The notes under the pieces: model-generated | Databases searched by the model: none | What the model saw: only the letters and a program-made list of their open reading frames with translations | Told to the model about the DNA's origin: nothing | Shown: positions 59,801 to 64,000 of the stretch, piece by piece | Layout: each line of letters opens with the position of its first letter | Numbering within the stretch: the first letter of the stretch is position 1 | Made by a program: the position numbers and the translations under genes | Origin: a virus | Direction: 5' to 3' (one strand) | Length of the DNA: 64,000 nt | IMG/VR virus record: IMGVR_UViG_3300043411_001575 | Span: 1 to 64,000 of that record

Positions 59801-60691
59801 GTTTTTGAATACCTCAAATGCCTCGTCCGATTCTGTTTTTTCTAATTTTGTTTTCATAATGTTTTTATTTTTTTAATCCAATTATCAGTGGATGCTGTTT
59901 TAAATTTATTTTCAAATTCAACCTCTTTAATTTCTTTGTGAGGTTTTATTTCTGTGTACTTTAATTCTTCTTTTACTACTCTTCCTTTTCTCTTTTTAAC
60001 TAATGGTTTCTTTTCTTCGCTATGAATGTTTCCTTCGCATTTTTATTTTTTAGGAGATAGCCAAACTTTTAACCTATTTAAATACCAATCATCTGATTGT
60101 TTTAAGCTCCTATGAGATTCATGCCTATCAACGTCGTGCATCCATCTTTTAAAGATATTATACTTCGCTACTGGGAACTTTTTTTTAATTGAACTATCAA
60201 ATTCAATTTGAGCCATAATTCCTGTAAGTTTTAAATATTTTTTTCCGTAATCTAAATATTCTTCTTTTGTCATTTTTTTTGTTTTAAAATTGTTATTGCA
60301 AATATATGTAATTTAAACTAATCCGTACAAAATCCTGCTTGGCATCCGCTGCCTGTTCCAAAGTTAAAATCCTGTGCAACCCTATTTTTTTAAATTCAAA
60401 GTAACTACCTTCTTTTTTCCATTCACATTTTGTAGTGCCACATCTTTGCTTCTGACCTATTCTGCAAAATTCAATTTCATTTAACCCCATTGTATTTTTT
60501 TTATTTTAATACCACTGAGCAATGGAGAGCAATTCATTTCATTTATCTTCATTATTTGCAAATAACAAAGGACTACTTTACTCTGCTCTTTACCCACTAC
60601 TCAATATTTTAAGAGTACAATTCAAGCTAACTTCCTACACTGAACACCGCTTCAGCAAGGCTTTGAGCCTATTTTAAATTATACTCTTTTG

Positions 60692-60776
60692 CACAAGCGG
60701 TAGGAGTCGAACCTACACATCCCTTTCGGGCAACAGATTTGGAGTCTATCCATCTCTCCATTGTATTAGCACTTGC
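60692..60776 (-). tRNA. tRNA with CCA (Trp) anticodon and long variable arm
   Basis: ATAGA-CTCCAAA-TCTGT; variable arm CCC-GAAA-GGG; G73; weak D stem. Confidence 0.7.
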
Positions 60777-60786
60777 GTTTTTTTTG

Positions 60787-60861
60787 CAGTTATGATGGGA
60801 TTTGAACCCACGACCTCTACCGTGACAGGGTAGCATTCTAACCGAGCTGAACTACATAACT
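60787..60861 (-). tRNA. tRNA-Asp(GTC)
   Basis: CTACC-CTGTCAC-GGTAG. Confidence 0.93.
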
Positions 60862-60886
60862 ATTTTTTATTTTAAAGAACTATTTG

Positions 60887-60958
60887 CGTATAGAAAAGGG
60901 TTCGAACCTCTGTAACCTTCATTAACAGTGAAGTGCTTAGCCACTCAGCCATCTATAC
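60887..60958 (-). tRNA. tRNA-Asn(GTT)
   Basis: CTTCA-CTGTTAA-TGAAG. Confidence 0.88.
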
Positions 60959-60969
60959 TTTTTTTCAAT

Positions 60970-61044
60970 TGGTAGCGGAAGGGTGACTCTAACACCCGAC
61001 CTTTGGGATATGAACCCAACGAGCTAACCCTGCTCTATTCCGCA
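60970..61044 (-). tRNA. initiator tRNA-fMet(CAT)
   Basis: TTGGG-TTCATAT-CCCAA (three G-C pairs); 1-72 mismatch; encoded CCA. Confidence 0.85.
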
Positions 61045-61614
61045 CTGTTTCATTTCATAATGTAGTTCTCTATGACAATTAGAACAAACAATTATGCATT
61101 TATCAAGTTCTTTTTTTATCTTTTCCCAACACGTTGTAGAATATCTTGATATATTAAAATCTTTTTGTTTTGGTTCAATATGGTGGAAATCAAACGCCCA
61201 TATACATTTATCATATCCACATTTTTCACATTTACCACCTTTATATTTAACTGCTTTTTCTTTAATTTTTTGCCGTGCTGTTTTTACTCTCAAATAATTT
61301 CTTTTTTTTCTTTCTTGTGTACTTAAAATTACTTTTTTTACTATTAATTTTAAATATCTTTTTATTCCTGATACAGAAACATTAAATTTTTCTGCTGTTT
61401 GTTTTAATGTATGTGTTTTATAATACTCTTGAACTTTTAATATTTTTTCATCAGATAGTTTCCTTGTATCCATAAGACCTATATATGATAGATTATGGTT
61501 TTTGCAATGATAACTAATAGTAGATGAAGAGCATTTTAGCTTATTTTTTATTTTGCTATAACTCCACCCTTTCTCTCTTAAATTTAATATTTTATTCTTC
61601 AAACCTTTACCCAT
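61024..61614 (-). CDS. HNH endonuclease with N-terminal HTHs
   Basis: GGKCEKCGY...FDFHH...KC..VCSNCHRELH; start moved to ATG 61614; stop lies inside tRNA-fMet. Confidence 0.88.
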   Translation of the reverse strand: MGKGLKNKILNLREKGWSYSKIKNKLKCSSSTISYHCKNHNLSYIGLMDTRKLSDEKILKVQEYYKTHTLKQTAEKFNVSVSGIKRYLKLIVKKVILSTQERKKRNYLRVKTARQKIKEKAVKYKGGKCEKCGYDKCIWAFDFHHIEPKQKDFNISRYSTTCWEKIKKELDKCIIVCSNCHRELHYEMKQCGIEQG

Positions 61615-61661
61615 ATAAAAATTATTAATGATACAAATATAGTTAAAAGTTCGATAAATAG

Positions 61662-61735
61662 TACGCAAAGATGGATTTGAACCACCGACCACATGATTAT
61701 CAGTCATGTATTCTAACCAACTGAACTATTTGCGT
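61662..61735 (-). tRNA. tRNA-Ile(GAT)
   Basis: CATGA-CTGATAA-TCATG. Confidence 0.93.
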
Positions 61736-61746
61736 ATTTAATATTT

Positions 61747-62055
61747 AAAAATGAGAACGCATGTGTGCTTCTTTGCGTTTTTCTCCAACCGCACAGGAAG
61801 GATTTCCAAAAGTGTTTCTCCACTTCCAAAATAAAATCGTATAGCCTCCAATAAAGAAAAGGTTTTGCGCTTTTCGGTCTTGTACCGCCCTGAAACCTCT
61901 GCTCATCTAAGTTATAGACAATTTTAGTTTCATCCAAATTTGGAGCAGTCCTGTTTTTCAACTACATTCATTTATTTTTTTCATAGAGTTTCTATTTCAT
62001 CAGGTCAAGGCTCGAAGCCCCTTTTTCTCACTGACACTCACAGGTAACTCATTCT
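61747..62055 (-). ncRNA. candidate structured ncRNA (about 300 nt)
   Basis: GC-richer gap between tRNA-Met and tRNA-Ile; ends pair (AGAATGAG with CTCATTTT); several internal hairpins. Confidence 0.45.
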
Positions 62056-62109
62056 AATCAATTCAGAAAATTCTGAATGATATTTTAATATTTCAAAGAA
62101 CTAAAAACG

Positions 62110-62183
62110 TCCCGACAGCAAGATTTGAACTTGCGACACTTTGGATATGAACCAAATGCTCTACCGAACTGAGCTATGTCGGA
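62110..62183 (-). tRNA. tRNA-Met(CAT), elongator
   Basis: TTTGG-TTCATAT-CCAAA. Confidence 0.85.
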
Positions 62184-62246
62184 ATATAAGATTCCTTGCT
62201 GCAAGTCCCCGCACTATATCTGCTTTTATGGGGAGGAATCTTTTTG

Positions 62247-62318
62247 AGCCGTGAGAAGGAATCGAACCCTCGTGCGTAGATTACAAATCTACTGCTTTAC
62301 CAACTAAGCTATTACGGC
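62247..62318 (-). tRNA. tRNA-Thr(TGT)
   Basis: GTAGA-TTTGTAA-TCTAC. Confidence 0.92.
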
Positions 62319-63025
62319 TAAAATGACTTACCATCTCTTGCTCTTTGTCTCCTACTATGCCTTCCATTACCTTTATTTAAAGCTTTATAATTCAGTGTTA
62401 GTGAATGGCAATTTGGACAAATTAACTCGACATTATCAGAATTATTATTTTTAGAATTTCCATCTTTATGATTTAGTTCAATTGGAACTTTTTTTGTTGT
62501 TTCATTTATTTCGTTCCAACCACACTTCATACACTTTTCACCATACATCAATATCAATGTTCTCTTTAATACAAAATCACTTAATCCGTCCGTATCATTA
62601 TTATTTATCCTTTCAATTAATTTTTTATTTCTGTAATCAGAGCAGCAAACAATAGAACAATATTTTGTAAAATTAGTTTTACACTCACTCTCACAATTCA
62701 CGCATTTTGGCTTCTCTTTTTTTTTCTTTCTAATTCTAAATTTATTAGAAAATGAAGCTGAACATGAATTATTACAAAATTTAGTTCTTACAACACGTTT
62801 GCCATTAATAAAATCAATATTACTAATAGAATTTCCACAATTTAGACACTCAATAATTTTCCTTTTCAAGTTTTCAGAGTAGTATCCTTCTCTATTCAAA
62901 TGATTTTTTATCAATCCCCATGTAAGATTTAATTCTTCCGATATTTGCATATACGTAAATCCTTCTTTAATCATTTTTTTAGCAAAATTTGATTGCTCAA
63001 TTGTTATTTTTCTATTAACACCCAT
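62318..63025 (-). CDS. HNH homing-type endonuclease
   Basis: CMKCGW...IELNHKDG...NN...N..LICPNCHSLT; paralog of 45121-45864. Confidence 0.9.
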   Translation of the reverse strand: MGVNRKITIEQSNFAKKMIKEGFTYMQISEELNLTWGLIKNHLNREGYYSENLKRKIIECLNCGNSISNIDFINGKRVVRTKFCNNSCSASFSNKFRIRKKKKEKPKCVNCESECKTNFTKYCSIVCCSDYRNKKLIERINNNDTDGLSDFVLKRTLILMYGEKCMKCGWNEINETTKKVPIELNHKDGNSKNNNSDNVELICPNCHSLTLNYKALNKGNGRHSRRQRARDGKSF

Positions 63026-63116
63026 TTGTTTTTAATAATTAGTTGAAATACAAATTTAACAAAAAAAATAAACAAAGTCAATAATTCAAATAAAACTATT
63101 GGCTCAATACATATTT

Positions 63117-63126
63117 TCAAAGAACG
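63117..63126 (-). promoter_or_regulatory. boxA-like antitermination motif
   Basis: CGTTCTTTGA directly after terminator 3. Confidence 0.6.
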
Positions 63127-63132
63127 TAAAAC

Positions 63133-63162
63133 AAAAAGCCCCAACTTTTTAGGTTGAGGCTT
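63133..63162 (-). terminator. attenuator terminator 3
   Basis: AAGCCTCAAC-CTAAAAA-GTTGGGGCTT plus TTTGTTTT. Confidence 0.85.
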
Positions 63163-63186
63163 CTGTGTTTGTATTTTTATGTTTTA

Positions 63187-63297
63187 TTACACTCCCATTG
63201 TCGTAATTAAACAATACACAGATGCCCCTTGAGTACACGCCTTATCGCCCGTATTCTCTGACCACATATTTTCCACTATAATATTTCTGCGTTTCAT
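63187..63297 (-). CDS. leader peptide of the 16-tRNA operon (MKRRNIIVENMWSENTGDKACTQGASVYCLITTMGV)
   Basis: Translated by hand; the first 21 codons include all 13 amino acids served by the downstream tRNAs. Confidence 0.88.
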   Translation of the reverse strand: MKRRNIIVENMWSENTGDKACTQGASVYCLITTMGV

Positions 63298-63338
63298 TAT
63301 TTTTATTATTTATTACCACACCATGTAGTAATGAGCTG

Positions 63339-63371
63339 CAAATATACAACTATTGTTTTTTTAAATGCAAA
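63339..63371 (-). promoter_or_regulatory. promoter of tRNA operon 3
   Basis: TTTG-N21-TATATTTG on the minus strand. Confidence 0.7.
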
Positions 63372-63401
63372 TTTATTTTCAATTATTTTTTCATTTTACA
63401 T

Positions 63402-63716
63402 TTAAAACATTGTAAATCTGATGATTAAAATTACATAGACCATCAAACTTATTATCCATCTATTAATTATTTTTCGATTAAAGCTTCTCCAATTAGCTAC
63501 AAATTTATCATCATACGACTGATAAAAAATAAAACGTGCAACACTCATTTTATCTTGATTTAATTTTAATTCAATGAGTACTTTTTCCTTGTATTTCAAT
63601 GCACTCAAGATACCTATAGTATATCGAATAACAAAAGAAAGTATTTTATATGGAAGCAGTATTACGAAGAAAATTAATCTGAAAATGGCTTCAATGAACA
63701 TTAAGTAGAGATACAT
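63402..63716 (-). CDS. hypothetical membrane protein
   Basis: Hydrophobic N- and C-termini. Confidence 0.5.
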   Translation of the reverse strand: MYLYLMFIEAIFRLIFFVILLPYKILSFVIRYTIGILSALKYKEKVLIELKLNQDKMSVARFIFYQSYDDKFVANWRSFNRKIINRWIISLMVYVILIIRFTMF

Positions 63717-63759
63717 AGTTTTTATTTTTTGCTGTTATTAATTATTTTATTTTAAATTA

Positions 63760-63987
63760 TTAAACGAAATTAGCGATTCCATTGGTAATAATGTAGTGAC
63801 TCCTACATTCAAATAACTGTTGTAATGATGGCTTCACTGTTAATTTACCATTTTCATTATCAATAGACCACTCGCCTTGTTTAATTGGTATTGGAGCTTT
63901 TACACCACATCCACATAGGCATAAATGATTTGCAACTCCGTATTCTTTTGAATAGTATAGTTTTCCAAATTCTAATTCATCAGGCAT
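63760..63987 (-). CDS. DUF6527-like protein (may start beyond the window)
   Basis: MPDELE.G.LY.S.....A.HLCLCGCG...W...LTVKPSL...CRSHYIITNG. Confidence 0.7.
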   Translation of the reverse strand: MPDELEFGKLYYSKEYGVANHLCLCGCGVKAPIPIKQGEWSIDNENGKLTVKPSLQQLFECRSHYIITNGIANFV

Positions 63988-64000
63988 AAACTCATCATCA

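Noticed and set aside
61713-61961. 82-aa ORF from the track
   Set aside because: TTG start, runs into tRNA-Ile, atypical composition; the region is better explained as structured RNA.
61975-62040. Hammerhead-like core (stem-CTGATGA-stem-GAAA) on the minus strand
   Set aside because: No UH cleavage triplet before stem I, no convincing stem III, and an extra A before stem II; kept only as part of the candidate ncRNA.
46019-63371. T-box riboswitch as the control of the tRNA operons
   Set aside because: No T-box consensus (TGGNACCGCG) or stem I seen; the leaders are short ORFs with matched codons.

Overview
AT-rich window (roughly 27-30% GC by eye) from a large lytic bacteriophage, most likely infecting Bacteroidota. 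Evidence: TAnnTTTG promoters, A-rich start regions without Shine-Dalgarno sequences, and dense small hypothetical ORFs. Layout: a short minus-strand block (1.0-5.1 kb, with a beta-helix fibre-like protein); a long plus-strand accessory block (5.3-44.3 kb: IscB/omega-RNA element, two Fic proteins, RtcB, an Rnl2-like RNA ligase, SSB, NADAR, two GIY-YIG nucleases, a NAMPT C-terminal fragment, and an attC-like cassette inserted into a gene); and a minus-strand block (44.3-64 kb) with 25 tRNA genes interleaved with homing-type endonucleases and candidate ncRNAs. Main finding: the 25 tRNAs form a non-redundant set for all 20 amino acids, split into three operons. Each operon is headed by promoter -> short leader ORF -> terminator with a competing antiterminator -> boxA-like motif. 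The leader codons match the tRNAs downstream: QQFFPQQPQF for Pro/Phe/Gln; SLHSYLSLY for His/Ser/Ser/Tyr/Leu/Leu; MKRRNIIVENMWSENTGDKACT for the other 13 amino acids. This looks like ribosome-mediated attenuation that switches on replacement tRNAs when they run short. All tRNAs, RNA structures and protein families were called by eye; no searches were run.
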